Shown here in pieces: positions 7,833 through 17,459 of a stretch of 64,000 nt of DNA. The translations under genes and the position numbers were made by a program. This stretch comes from a virus: positions 1 to 64,000 of IMG/VR virus record IMGVR_UViG_3300005435_000020, one strand, 5' to 3'. Positions within the stretch are counted from its first letter, which is position 1. Every line of letters starts with the position of its first letter. The notes under the pieces are model-generated. The model made no database searches. It had not been told where the DNA came from and was given only the letters and a program-made list of their open reading frames with translations.

Positions 7833-8537
7833 TTGAGGGTTATTGCTGAGGCAGAGGGTTATCAGTTTGGCATCGGTTGCAATGGAGACGGTAAATATCA
7901 GATACATCTGAGGCGTTTTATTGCTTCTTCCGACACACGAGTATGTTATGTTGGCGAGTGGGAGCCCTATCGTAATGGTACTGGTAGCGATGAAGACGAA
8001 AGCTTGATCATCCGTCGCTTTGCGAAGAGACTTGCTCACGACACGCATCCTACCGCCACTGACCTCTATGAAGCAGCCGTAGATCACATCAACTGGACCC
8101 TCCCTGAGAGTGAGAGGCGCTACGACAAAGAGAAGTATGACCTCCTTAGGAGTGAAGGAAGAGTATTCTGGGCTGGCGTCGAGGATCGTGTCAACGTGAC
8201 GACGTGGAAGCGTGGCACTTACACCATCAGGGACATAGAAGGCGGCTCCGAAGACGTAGTAGGACATGTGTCTAGACATTTCGGAATTACCGGAACCGCG
8301 ACGCGAGGCAAGGTCAAAGACGTCTGGACCATCACCCACTTGCCGACAGGCTTCAAGGTTGGCCCCAAATTTTCCTCCCTTTTCGAGGCTAAACTCCACG
8401 TCATGGCTTTGCAGTCTCCAGGCTTGGACTGGAGCTTCACTGATCCTAAGGCCATCACACCCGCGATGCATAGTCGTGTGGCGGCTATCCGCGATGCTTG
8501 GAATGAGAAACTTTTGCCAGTCACGGAAAAGGGCTAA
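7833..8537 (+). CDS. Hypothetical protein (C-terminal WTITHLPTG motif)
   Basis: 234-aa ORF, GAAAGGA RBS. Confidence 0.7.
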   Translation: MRVIAEAEGYQFGIGCNGDGKYQIHLRRFIASSDTRVCYVGEWEPYRNGTGSDEDESLIIRRFAKRLAHDTHPTATDLYEAAVDHINWTLPESERRYDKEKYDLLRSEGRVFWAGVEDRVNVTTWKRGTYTIRDIEGGSEDVVGHVSRHFGITGTATRGKVKDVWTITHLPTGFKVGPKFSSLFEAKLHVMALQSPGLDWSFTDPKAITPAMHSRVAAIRDAWNEKLLPVTEKG

Positions 8538-8540
8538 ACG

Positions 8541-8762
8541 TTGACTGGTGCGGATTCGGCACAGGAGCTAACTCCGGCGCAGTGGCTGGAGAGTGTGTCG
8601 GCTAGACCCCACAATGTCCTCGATACCGACTGCCTGCTCACGGCTCAGGGACTGCTTGAGGCGACGGAGGAGCAGAGACAAGCAATACCCTACCAGCACC
8701 AGAGCCTCTATCTCTTCTTAGTGGCACTCTTCACCCTCATCCGAAAGATAGCAAGATGGTAA
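8541..8762 (+). CDS. Hypothetical protein
   Basis: Packed ORF. Confidence 0.55.
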   Translation: MTGADSAQELTPAQWLESVSARPHNVLDTDCLLTAQGLLEATEEQRQAIPYQHQSLYLFLVALFTLIRKIARW

Positions 8763-9016
8763 AGACATATCCCGAGGCCCTCGATTTATTCCTTGAGCAG
8801 TGGCCCAACAAGCCCTGGACTGTCGGCGGCGCTAACTATGACAAATTCAATCCCGAGAGGAAGAGTTACCGACACGCCATGGAGGCAGCCCTGGGAGGCG
8901 AGACGGCGGTGAAAATCGAGGGGATGTTCACCAAGGGGACCAGCATTTTGTTTGGGAGCCTGACGTTGAGGCTCCGACGAGGGAAATGGCAAGTCGAGAA
9001 AATCAAGACAGTATAG
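8756..9016 (+). CDS. Hypothetical protein
   Basis: Packed ORF. Confidence 0.65.
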   Translation: MVKTYPEALDLFLEQWPNKPWTVGGANYDKFNPERKSYRHAMEAALGGETAVKIEGMFTKGTSILFGSLTLRLRRGKWQVEKIKTV

Positions 9017-9020
9017 CCTA

Positions 9021-9050
9021 TTGACAAGAACCGAATATTCATGGTAGTAT
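9021..9050 (+). promoter_or_regulatory. Early promoter (repeat family)
   Basis: TTGACA-18bp-TAGTAT within CATGGTAGTATTA. Confidence 0.8.
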
Positions 9051-9083
9051 TATTATAGGTCATGAATTGAGAAGGAGAAGAGC

Positions 9084-9443
9084 ATGGAAACGTCGAGGCC
9101 AACACCTGAAGAAATCCTGAAACTAGCAGCCGAATATGCACCAACATTTTATTTCATAGCCGACAGGTCTGGCCTCCACATCTTGGAGACGGCTGCCGAG
9201 ACCAGCGGGAGCTACTGGTGGTATAGAACCAAGGATGCGGAAGAGAAAGTAGAGGCGGCGATGGAAGCAGCTAGCCTCGCGGCAGACTGCCTCTACTATG
9301 ACATCAATAACCTGCCGGAAAATGACCCAGACATTGCCTTGATCTTCCGTCTCGCCACCTTGGGGGTGGAGGACTTGAAGAAAATCAATGCGAGGCTCTT
9401 CCCATTGAAGTACCTGCGTGATGACGTTTTGGATAAAGGATAA
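9084..9443 (+). CDS. Hypothetical protein
   Basis: AAGGAG RBS. Confidence 0.7.
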   Translation: METSRPTPEEILKLAAEYAPTFYFIADRSGLHILETAAETSGSYWWYRTKDAEEKVEAAMEAASLAADCLYYDINNLPENDPDIALIFRLATLGVEDLKKINARLFPLKYLRDDVLDKG

Positions 9444-9446
9444 AGC

Positions 9447-9797
9447 ATGAAAAGCCTACACACCGCACAACAGCGTGTCCCTCCCCTTGACCACCTTGAG
9501 AAGGTCAAGGACATAATCGCAGACCCTTCGTTGTTCTTGTTTGGCACCGAGACTCCTGGCATCCAATATACGGGTGCCTTGTCTGACACTGGCAAGGCGT
9601 GTCAGCCGACGTCTGAGAATGCGTGTCGCTGGACCCTCCGGGGCGCAGTCCTGAAGACGGCACCCAATCTTGACCAGGCACACGAGACGCTAGTGTGGCT
9701 TGAGGAGACGGCTGCGAAACTTGACCTCGACGCAAACCTCCGCAACCCCATGAGCCACCTGACGGCACTCAAAATCCTCCGTGGGGCTATGCAATAG
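9447..9797 (+). CDS. Hypothetical protein
   Basis: AAAGGA RBS; ACRWTLRGAV motif. Confidence 0.7.
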   Translation: MKSLHTAQQRVPPLDHLEKVKDIIADPSLFLFGTETPGIQYTGALSDTGKACQPTSENACRWTLRGAVLKTAPNLDQAHETLVWLEETAAKLDLDANLRNPMSHLTALKILRGAMQ

Positions 9798-9851
9798 CCA
9801 CGTCAGTATGGTAGACTATCTACGTCGCTATTATGCGGATTTGGCACAGCC

Positions 9852-10313
9852 TTGAGGCGCATAGATTTCCTGGTGCCGTGTGAAGGAGAAGACCACAAGG
9901 TAATACTCGCCGGAAACGGAGCCATGAGGCTTTGCCACCACCCACAGCCACATAGGGAGTTGTGGGTGCAGAAGGAGATGCAGCAGCGCATCCTCAAAGA
10001 CCTCTCGCCTTGTCTGATAGCTTTCCTCCATACGCATACAGACTATGTGCCCTACACGGCTGAGGAGCAGCTTCCAAACTATCTCCGATTTGCGATGGGG
10101 AATAGCATCAGGTGGCGCAAGAATATCCTCCGGTTTACCTACGGCGATAATATCTACAAGAGGACAAGGATTCGTCGGCATCCTGTAGTGCAAGATGGAG
10201 ACGGCTATTCGTTAGTAAATAAGGCAGAGACGTATCAAGCAGAAGTCGTGATGGCACCGGGGCACACCTACCTCGTGGCGGGTGGCAAGCCGATTATTGG
10301 GATACATTGGTAG
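9852..10313 (+). CDS. C-H-H-C domain protein, family Z (divergent member)
   Basis: VPCEGEDHKV...LCHH...DLSPC. Confidence 0.65.
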   Translation: MRRIDFLVPCEGEDHKVILAGNGAMRLCHHPQPHRELWVQKEMQQRILKDLSPCLIAFLHTHTDYVPYTAEEQLPNYLRFAMGNSIRWRKNILRFTYGDNIYKRTRIRRHPVVQDGDGYSLVNKAETYQAEVVMAPGHTYLVAGGKPIIGIHW

Positions 10314-10321
10314 GAGAGACA

Positions 10322-10636
10322 TTGCATACTATCCTTGAGTCCATCCAAGCAGAGCAGAAGACCCTCCGAGACAGACTTGCCCTCCTCGATGAGATGGAGA
10401 GGATGATCCTCGCAGCCGACACGCCGCAGCCACCGAAGGTCCCCACCTACACCTTCGAGAGTGATAGCCGCCTTGGGCTCTTCCACCAGACGTGGCTTGT
10501 CAACGACGAGTGGCGCTGCACCTGCGAAGGCTTCACCTACCACGGCCACTGCAAGCACATCAGAAACGTCGAATCCGACGTCAGGATGGAGAAACTTCGC
10601 CGTGATCTCCGTATCGTGGCTGCTACCCGAAACTAG
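10322..10636 (+). CDS. SWIM zinc-finger protein with N-terminal coiled coil
   Basis: WRCTCEGFTYHGHCKHI = CxC..CxH; AGGAG before TTG 10322. Confidence 0.8.
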   Translation: MHTILESIQAEQKTLRDRLALLDEMERMILAADTPQPPKVPTYTFESDSRLGLFHQTWLVNDEWRCTCEGFTYHGHCKHIRNVESDVRMEKLRRDLRIVAATRN

Positions 10637-10643
10637 CAGCATC

Positions 10644-10672
10644 TTGTAGTATCACCATATTGGTGGTATACT
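10644..10672 (+). promoter_or_regulatory. Promoter of the MoxR operon
   Basis: TTGTAG-17bp-TATACT with TG extension. Confidence 0.6.
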
Positions 10673-10706
10673 TATCTAATAGTCTGGTATAAGAAAAGGA
10701 GCTAGG

Positions 10707-11891
10707 TTGAGCAGTCCCACACACGTCGAAGCCGTTGCCCTCGCGGCGCAGGCGAGGATTCCGATTATCGCCTGGGGGGAGCCTGGTATCGGCAAGACCA
10801 GCGTGGTGTATGCACTGGGCAGGAAGCTGCAAAGGCCCACCCACGTCTTCGTGGGCTCCTACCACGAAGCGCAAGACCTCGGCTGGCCTGTCCTCGAAGA
10901 TAGGCCAAGGAAGCAGCGCAAGATCACGCAACGTCGCGTCTCACAGACGGGGCCAAGGCGCATGAAGCAGGCCATTGCCGAGTCTAAGATGCTTGTCAAG
11001 GTGGCACCGAAGTGGGGCATCGAGATTGTCGAGTTTGGTGATGGCATCGTCTTCCTTGATGAGTTTTCCAACACGGAACCGGCTGTGCAAGCCGTGATGC
11101 TCCAGCTTCTCTTCGAGGGAAAGCTTGGCGACTTGCAGTTTCCTAGCTCCGTGAGCTATATCGCGGCAGCTAACTCGGCAGACCAGGCTGCCAATGGCTT
11201 CAACCTTAGCTGGCCCCTCAAGAACCGCCTTGTCCACATCAACTGGGGGCTTGACATCGAGGGCTGGGTGCAGGGTGTCCTCTCGGATTTCCCCGCCGTG
11301 GAGTTTCCTATTCTTCCCGACAAGTGGCAAGAACACGCATTCTCCGAGAAGGCGCTGGTGGCCTCCTTTATCCAAAAGAAGCGTGACCAACTTCTCAGGA
11401 TGCCCACTGATCCGTCAGTGAATGCCTACCCGACGCCTCGAAGCTGGCACCACCTCGCCATCCCGCTGCTGGCGGCTTGCAAGTCCATCGGCAGGGACCA
11501 CAGCGACGACTTGACGGTGATGCTGCTTGATGGGTGTGTCGGCAACGCCTCAGGCAACGAGTTTCGGAGCTACGTCAAGGCGCTGGACCTGCCGGACCCC
11601 GAAGTGCTCCTCGCCAATCCCGCAGAGTGGTCCGTGTGGGCCAAAGGGAAGCGTGGAGACCAAATCCACGCTTCCCTCAACACCATGGCGACGGCAGTGA
11701 GGGGCAACAATACGAAGCCTCGCTGGGAATCCGGCTGGGAAATCGTCATCAGGGCTGCGAAGGAGGGCCACAAGCCGCCTGCACTCCTGGCGGGGAATGT
11801 CCTGGCAGGTAAGAAGCCCACCAACGACGCAAAGTACCCAGATGTCGAGGACATCTTCGGGAAGGTCAATCAACTAGCGAAGGCAAGCTAG
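10707..11891 (+). CDS. MoxR/dynein-related AAA+ ATPase
   Basis: Walker A GEPGIGKT, Walker B IVFLDE, sensor-1 AAAN, arginine finger KNRL, PTPRSW. Confidence 0.9.
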   Translation: MSSPTHVEAVALAAQARIPIIAWGEPGIGKTSVVYALGRKLQRPTHVFVGSYHEAQDLGWPVLEDRPRKQRKITQRRVSQTGPRRMKQAIAESKMLVKVAPKWGIEIVEFGDGIVFLDEFSNTEPAVQAVMLQLLFEGKLGDLQFPSSVSYIAAANSADQAANGFNLSWPLKNRLVHINWGLDIEGWVQGVLSDFPAVEFPILPDKWQEHAFSEKALVASFIQKKRDQLLRMPTDPSVNAYPTPRSWHHLAIPLLAACKSIGRDHSDDLTVMLLDGCVGNASGNEFRSYVKALDLPDPEVLLANPAEWSVWAKGKRGDQIHASLNTMATAVRGNNTKPRWESGWEIVIRAAKEGHKPPALLAGNVLAGKKPTNDAKYPDVEDIFGKVNQLAKAS

Positions 11892-11895
11892 TATC

Positions 11896-11928
11896 GAGGG
11901 GGCAGGTTCCGAAAGGGCCTGCCCCTTC
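11896..11928 (+). promoter_or_regulatory. GC-rich hairpin with GAAA tetraloop (weak terminator or mRNA stabiliser)
   Basis: GAGGGGGCAGGTTCC-GAAA-GGGCCTGCCCCTTC; no poly-T tail. Confidence 0.65.
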
Positions 11929-11945
11929 TGGTATGAGGACACAAC

Positions 11946-12320
11946 ATGATCCCCTACAAAGCCGATGTACCAGCCTGCTGTCCTCGCCACGAGGGTGTCA
12001 TCACGCTAGACACGGGTGTGGTTGCCGCCTCACCTGTGCCCTTACTGGCAGAGAACCTACACATCCTCGATATCTTCCCCGACGCAGATGTATGCGAATG
12101 TGTTATCGCAACGGCAATAACAATCAATATAATGGACACAAAGCATGCGACGATGTATGAAATGAGAAACCTGACAGTTGCTGTGTTTTTCCAGGATGGT
12201 GTGTGGCTTGCAAGGGTTGTCTCGAATTTAGGCAAAGACAGTCAGAAATACCACATACTGGAACACGACATGGAGGGCCGACGCCTCCTCACCTACCAAC
12301 CAGCGAGATATACACAATGA
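11946..12320 (+). CDS. Family Z protein
   Basis: CCPRH...LDIFPDADVCEC. Confidence 0.85.
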   Translation: MIPYKADVPACCPRHEGVITLDTGVVAASPVPLLAENLHILDIFPDADVCECVIATAITINIMDTKHATMYEMRNLTVAVFFQDGVWLARVVSNLGKDSQKYHILEHDMEGRRLLTYQPARYTQ

Positions 12321-12691
12321 ATACCATCACGGTGTCTTGCTTCTGCACACACCAAGGAGCAGACTATCATCCCCCAACTATCATCGAGAAACGAAAAATA
12401 GTCGCGGAGGGCCATCCTGGGCTCAAAGAAAGCCTCGCCTATCTCGAAATCTACCCACAGGCAGACGTGGACCTCTGCACCCTCGCCATCTCCGTCATCA
12501 TGAAACGCTGGAGATCAGTCTGCCAGGCGGGGAAGTACATGAAGAAATACGACGACAGGACACCGTATCGGGTCATCCTCATCAAGACTGAAGACGACGA
12601 AGGCTACGACGTCAGGCTTTCCTACGTCTACACGAAGTCCTGCATGAAAAACAATAACATCCCGAAGATTACGTGGAAGCATCATCCATGA
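12317..12691 (+). CDS. Family Z protein
   Basis: ATGA coupling; CFCTH...GHPGL...LEIYPQADVDLC. Confidence 0.85.
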   Translation: MNTITVSCFCTHQGADYHPPTIIEKRKIVAEGHPGLKESLAYLEIYPQADVDLCTLAISVIMKRWRSVCQAGKYMKKYDDRTPYRVILIKTEDDEGYDVRLSYVYTKSCMKNNNIPKITWKHHP

Positions 12692-13047
12692 CAACCGTCT
12701 ACATCCCCCCTATCTGCGGCTGTCACGAAGGCAGCACCGTTGTCCTTGATGGCAAGGTTACGCATACGAGTTGTCCTACACTCCTGGAGGAGTTGGCAGT
12801 GCTAGACATCTACCCGCAGGCAGATGTGAGCCTCTGCGCCGTTTCCGTGATAGAAATACTCAAGGGCTGGGGCAGCTACTACCCAGGTCTGAGGAGGACC
12901 AGGGTAGGAGGCGCATTCAAAAGCATAGCCATGGATATCATGACGCCTTGGGATGACTTCGACAAGGACAATGTTGTGCAATCAAGGAATGTCTTTGTGG
13001 CGTTTCGAGATGTGAACACGAGACCTCTATGGCATGGCATGGAGTAG
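12688..13047 (+). CDS. Family Z protein
   Basis: ATGA coupling; PICGCH...LDIYPQADVSLC. Confidence 0.85.
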   Translation: MTTVYIPPICGCHEGSTVVLDGKVTHTSCPTLLEELAVLDIYPQADVSLCAVSVIEILKGWGSYYPGLRRTRVGGAFKSIAMDIMTPWDDFDKDNVVQSRNVFVAFRDVNTRPLWHGME

Positions 13048-13063
13048 GTGTAGGAAATATCCG

Positions 13064-13525
13064 ATGAAACGAGACCCAGAGAAAGCCATCGTGATACCGT
13101 CGCAATGCGAGTCCCACATGGGTGGCGGGACAGTGTTGTATGAGGGTAAGGTACTCTCGACGTGTCACGAAGGACTGGAGCAAGAGCTAGGGATAGAGGA
13201 TATCTACCCAGACGCCGATATCAGCAAATGTGCCCTCGCCGTCAAGGCTGCACTTGCTGCTCCCTGCGACTATTATCGAAGCAGAAACGTTTTCACCTTC
13301 ATTCAAGGAGACATCGCCGTGAAGGTCTCCTTCAGAGAGGTGACACTCGCATTTCTCGCTGAAGTGGAGATACAAGAGCTACTACCGCTGGATTACTACA
13401 GAAACATACTAGGTAGTATGTACCACACTGACTCTAAACGGTTAGCGTTACTTTCCGAGGTATTCAATGATCATTTTCCTTCCCCCGATATGCGACAAAC
13501 ACAAGGGCCTCACAAAAATCGTTGA
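13064..13525 (+). CDS. Family Z protein
   Basis: QCESH...CHEGL...EDIYPDADISKC. Confidence 0.85.
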   Translation: MKRDPEKAIVIPSQCESHMGGGTVLYEGKVLSTCHEGLEQELGIEDIYPDADISKCALAVKAALAAPCDYYRSRNVFTFIQGDIAVKVSFREVTLAFLAEVEIQELLPLDYYRNILGSMYHTDSKRLALLSEVFNDHFPSPDMRQTQGPHKNR

Positions 13526-13850
13526 TGGCGTGATCACAGCGAGTGACCACGATGGTCTGAAAACCGAAGTCGATGCCTACGAGATATTCGACGGGGTGAT
13601 GCCCACTCGATGCACCCTCGCCACGAAGGTGGTGCTCAAAAACCCTCCCGACGACATGTACCCAATGAGAACCTACACATCCTATTATCTAGGATATATC
13701 TACACGATAAGCTACCATTACGACGGAGAAAAAGACATTTATCACACGAAGGTGACCATCTCCACGGAGTACTACGACTGTTGTGGAGGCGGATACCCCG
13801 ATTCTATCCAGATAATCCTGTCGCAGGATAGTCGTGATTATCTGAGCTAG
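13467..13850 (+). CDS. Family Z protein
   Basis: PICDKH...DHDGL...YEIFDGVMPTRC. Confidence 0.8.
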   Translation: MIIFLPPICDKHKGLTKIVDGVITASDHDGLKTEVDAYEIFDGVMPTRCTLATKVVLKNPPDDMYPMRTYTSYYLGYIYTISYHYDGEKDIYHTKVTISTEYYDCCGGGYPDSIQIILSQDSRDYLS

Positions 13851-13885
13851 ATTTTCCAAATTTTTAGAAGGTTTTGGAGTAAGGA

Positions 13886-14230
13886 ATGGTCATTCCCTAT
13901 CCAACAAGGATATTCATGGACAACTGTGACGCGGAGTGCCATGAGTTGCATAATATTGGCACTCCATACGTCTGGTCTTCTCACCACGCGGGTCTACTTG
14001 AAGACGCAAAAATCTTTGATCTCTTCCCAGACGCCAATGTGTGCCTCTGCGCCAAGCTCCACGCTGTTGCTTCGCAGCGGGAGACGTGGTGGGGGTTCTA
14101 CCACGAGACAAAGCTATCGTCTCCGCTAATCATGTACAGGCTCAGTAGTGAGATTTTTTTGTCTGCTTGGATTGATACTACGGAGGGATTTCATGTGATG
14201 CAGAGGGAGAGTACCGGGAAGATTATATGA
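13886..14230 (+). CDS. Family Z protein
   Basis: CDAECH...HHAGL...FDLFPDANVCLC. Confidence 0.85.
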   Translation: MVIPYPTRIFMDNCDAECHELHNIGTPYVWSSHHAGLLEDAKIFDLFPDANVCLCAKLHAVASQRETWWGFYHETKLSSPLIMYRLSSEIFLSAWIDTTEGFHVMQRESTGKII

Positions 14231-14550
14231 GTGACTTCATGCTCATCGTGAAAGACTGCTGCGGCGAGGACCACACCCTCCATGCGCTTCAGAATGGCTA
14301 TCCCTTTTATAAAAATAAGTGGCACGATAACCTTCACACCGATATTACAGTGCTGGGCCTTTACCCGGATGCCGACGTTTCAAACTGCGCCATCGTTGCC
14401 TACGCAGTCACACAAAAATGGAGTCATGTTGACGAGGGCTATCCGCTGTGGCATCCATTCTCTTATTACCTTTTTGTAGGTAGAGTGGTCATTGATGTCG
14501 AGCAGGACAGGTACGGCAATCTTCAAGCAGAAGTGAGCCGGATGAGGTGA
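14227..14550 (+). CDS. Family Z protein
   Basis: CCGEDH...WHDNL...LGLYPDADVSNC. Confidence 0.85.
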   Translation: MSDFMLIVKDCCGEDHTLHALQNGYPFYKNKWHDNLHTDITVLGLYPDADVSNCAIVAYAVTQKWSHVDEGYPLWHPFSYYLFVGRVVIDVEQDRYGNLQAEVSRMR

Positions 14551-14894
14551 GCACTCAAATCTCTAGAGTAATAGTCTGTGATTGTGGTGATCAAGACCAC
14601 ACAATTTCATTGGAACATGGTAGACTAATATCAGGCCACCACGACATCCTAGGAGAGTTGGAGGTGCTGAGGGTCTACCCGCTGGCAGACATCAGCCTCT
14701 GTGCTGATTATGCACTGGCCCACGTAGCGTGTGGTTTTGGGAAGGAGCCGTGGGTACCGGGTTGGGAGTTACGTGACGTGACACACCTATGGGAACATCG
14801 ACAGAACCGTAGGAAGTGGATATTCGACTTGACATTTCGAGAAGAAAACACGACGACGAAAGTGTATAGCGCAAGGAAATTTTCATGGGAGTAG
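14547..14894 (+). CDS. Family Z protein
   Basis: CDCGDQDH...HHDIL...LRVYPLADISLC. Confidence 0.85.
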   Translation: MSTQISRVIVCDCGDQDHTISLEHGRLISGHHDILGELEVLRVYPLADISLCADYALAHVACGFGKEPWVPGWELRDVTHLWEHRQNRRKWIFDLTFREENTTTKVYSARKFSWE

Positions 14895-16168
14895 CCGCCT
14901 GGAAAGACATCTTCGATGCCAGCGTTTTGAGGCTGTGCAGGACACACCCCTACGTGTCCTCGACGGCGCTTGCCCTGGTCCCTGTGGAGAGGCCAGAGAG
15001 CAATACCTTGTCCACAGATATGTATGGCAGGGTATACGTCGGCACCCAACGCCAATGGGACGTCGAGGGGATGTCCACGATTATCTACCATGAGCTTTGG
15101 CATCTCCTTTTCCAGCATCACAAGAGGGCTGAATCGTTGGTGCCCTTCGAGAAGACCATCGCCAACATCGCCATGGACATGGAGATCAATGGCACTGAAA
15201 AGGTAGGCATCCACGGAGAGATCAATAGCGGAGCTTCGCATCTCAAGTTTCCCTTCGAGGTATTCACGCCGAGACATTTTGGCCTCGATGAGGGGCTAAT
15301 GATGGAGCAGTATTATGAAGAGTTGCTCCAGCAGGCCAAGGAGCAGCAGGATGGCGAAGGTGGAGGCCAAGGCCAGAGTGAAGGCCAGCAGGGCAAGGGC
15401 AAGGGCCAGCCACACGTAGGCTTCGGTGACTGCGGCTCCTGCGCTTCTGGTGAGCCGCAAGAAGGCGATGAGCCTTCACCCGAGAATTCCGACACGCCTG
15501 GGATGACTGCGAAGGAGTTGGAAGACCTCGCCAAATCGACGGCGAGAGAGATCAGCGAAGCATCGAAGTCCCGAGGCAACATCCCCGGATGGATGAAGCG
15601 TTGGGCCGACGATATGTGCAAGACGAAACACGACTGGAAGCCTGAGTTGAGGGCCACCATACGCAATAGCATGACGACGGTGACAGGCAGGGGCATCCCC
15701 TCCTACCAGAGGCCACACCGCAAGCAGCAGCTTCACGGCAGGGTGCTCTTGCCTGGTCAGCGCCAGCCTGTCATCAAGGTTGCCGTCGTCTGCGACACGT
15801 CTGGTTCCATGTCTGAGAAGCAGATGGGGCAGAGCCTCGCGGAAGTCGAAGGCGTCTTACAATTCACGAAACAGGTCACGGTATTTGCCACGGATAGCGC
15901 AGCATCGACGGCACAGAAGGTGATGAGGCGCAGCCAGGTAAATCTTATGGGTGGTGGCGGCACCGATATGGGTGTCGGCATCCAGGCTGCTGCTGACCAT
16001 ACACCAACACCCGACTTGATCATCTGCCTGACAGATGGCATCACGCCTTGGCCTGCGAAGGCTCCCAAGGGCATCAAGACGATTATCGGCTTGATAGGTG
16101 AGGGCTCAACCTATTATCGTCTCCCTGAGTGGGCTACCATAGTCAACATCCCACTCGATGAAGAATGA
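14885..16168 (+). CDS. Putative metallopeptidase + vWA domain protein (DUF2201-type), MoxR partner
   Basis: HELWH and NIAMDMEIN; Gly/Gln linker; MIDAS DTSGS, GGGGTDM, LTDG. Confidence 0.9.
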   Translation: MGVAAWKDIFDASVLRLCRTHPYVSSTALALVPVERPESNTLSTDMYGRVYVGTQRQWDVEGMSTIIYHELWHLLFQHHKRAESLVPFEKTIANIAMDMEINGTEKVGIHGEINSGASHLKFPFEVFTPRHFGLDEGLMMEQYYEELLQQAKEQQDGEGGGQGQSEGQQGKGKGQPHVGFGDCGSCASGEPQEGDEPSPENSDTPGMTAKELEDLAKSTAREISEASKSRGNIPGWMKRWADDMCKTKHDWKPELRATIRNSMTTVTGRGIPSYQRPHRKQQLHGRVLLPGQRQPVIKVAVVCDTSGSMSEKQMGQSLAEVEGVLQFTKQVTVFATDSAASTAQKVMRRSQVNLMGGGGTDMGVGIQAAADHTPTPDLIICLTDGITPWPAKAPKGIKTIIGLIGEGSTYYRLPEWATIVNIPLDEE

Positions 16169-16494
16169 AAGTGACGGTTATCGGCTGCGGTGACAAGCCA
16201 CATTATCTCTATAAGGATGGTGACAACGCTTATCAGTGCCCAGCACACGCAGAATTCAAAAGGGAGCTTGAGGTACTTTCCGTGTATCCGAAAGCAGACA
16301 TCTGCTTCTGCGTGGCGGCATCTATCGCGGCAGATAGGTACAAACTCTACTTGAAGAATGCAGGAATACCCAACACCATGGAATACGGCTCCCTGAATAC
16401 AGGAGTCGGTGAGTATGAGTGCAGCGTGGAGCAGCACCTTGGCGGTGACCTCACCGTGAGATTTGAGAGGAGAGTGAAGTTTGCCTTACCTTGA
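16165..16494 (+). CDS. Family Z protein
   Basis: GCGDKPH...AHAEF...LSVYPKADICFC. Confidence 0.85.
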   Translation: MKVTVIGCGDKPHYLYKDGDNAYQCPAHAEFKRELEVLSVYPKADICFCVAASIAADRYKLYLKNAGIPNTMEYGSLNTGVGEYECSVEQHLGGDLTVRFERRVKFALP

Positions 16495-16774
16495 CGTCAA
16501 TGAGATACGCAGGCAGGTGTATCTCGCAAGGAAGGAGTTGGTCCTCAAGCACAAATGGGACATCAGCATTTCCACAGGTCATCTGAAGTTTGTTCACGGC
16601 TACAACTTCCCAATGCGTGGCGACGTAGAGATACACGTCACTCGGGAAGAGGAGAGATGGCGCATCGACTTCTTCGTAAATGGTGTGAAGGAAGGCCCAT
16701 CCGACTATGTGGATACAAGCCTCGATGACTACATAGAGGTACTAAGACTAGCCCAGAAATACATCCTCTACTAG
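16481..16774 (+). CDS. Hypothetical protein (non-family gene inside the array)
   Basis: GAGGAG RBS; lacks the family Z motif. Confidence 0.7.
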   Translation: MPYLDVNEIRRQVYLARKELVLKHKWDISISTGHLKFVHGYNFPMRGDVEIHVTREEERWRIDFFVNGVKEGPSDYVDTSLDDYIEVLRLAQKYILY

Positions 16775-17091
16775 TGGCGGATACTTTCTACCTATGGGTG
16801 AATGGTTGTGGTGATCAGGCACACCTAATCCGTGTCAATGGAGATAAGGCACACTCCAGTCACCATGATCTGGAGCATGAAGTGTCTGCGCTTGAGATAT
16901 TTGATGACGCAGATATATCCGTGTGCTGCCAGGCGTGGATGCTCTTCACGAGGGCTACACAACCAGCCTATACGATGCCGATTGGTCCTAAACTTACGTA
17001 TGGCTACGGCAATCACGACTACACGGTGACCCATTATGATGTTGTGAGGACAGGCGGCGTTACCTGGACCTTCACACCTCATCCTAAGTAG
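16774..17091 (+). CDS. Family Z protein
   Basis: GCGDQAH...HHDLE...LEIFDDADISVC. Confidence 0.85.
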   Translation: MADTFYLWVNGCGDQAHLIRVNGDKAHSSHHDLEHEVSALEIFDDADISVCCQAWMLFTRATQPAYTMPIGPKLTYGYGNHDYTVTHYDVVRTGGVTWTFTPHPK

Positions 17092-17096
17092 AAGAG

Positions 17097-17459
17097 TTGG
17101 TAATGATAGTAAGAGAGAAGATATATGTCCACGGGTGTTGTGGCAAGGTCCACCACCTCCGAGTGAGGGATGACCATTCCATTGTCTGCGATGAACACGA
17201 CATCAAGCGTGACGTCGAAGCCTTGGAGCTATTCCCCGACGCCGACGTTTCCTTATGCAGCAGGGCCTACGTCTACTACAAGGTCTATAGGGACATCAGG
17301 GATGAGTTTCTGATGCCTGAGCAGCACCTACGCATAGCCAGGCTTGGTAATCATCTCCACGTCTACGACTATAATAGAACAAGACCAGTAATTCTACCGG
17401 CAGCGGGTGTCATGGACAACTGGTTTGGAAACTATACGGTGGCCAATGAAACTCCCTGA
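17097..17459 (+). CDS. Family Z protein
   Basis: GCCGKVHH...EHDI...LELFPDADVSLC. Confidence 0.85.
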   Translation: MVMIVREKIYVHGCCGKVHHLRVRDDHSIVCDEHDIKRDVEALELFPDADVSLCSRAYVYYKVYRDIRDEFLMPEQHLRIARLGNHLHVYDYNRTRPVILPAAGVMDNWFGNYTVANETP

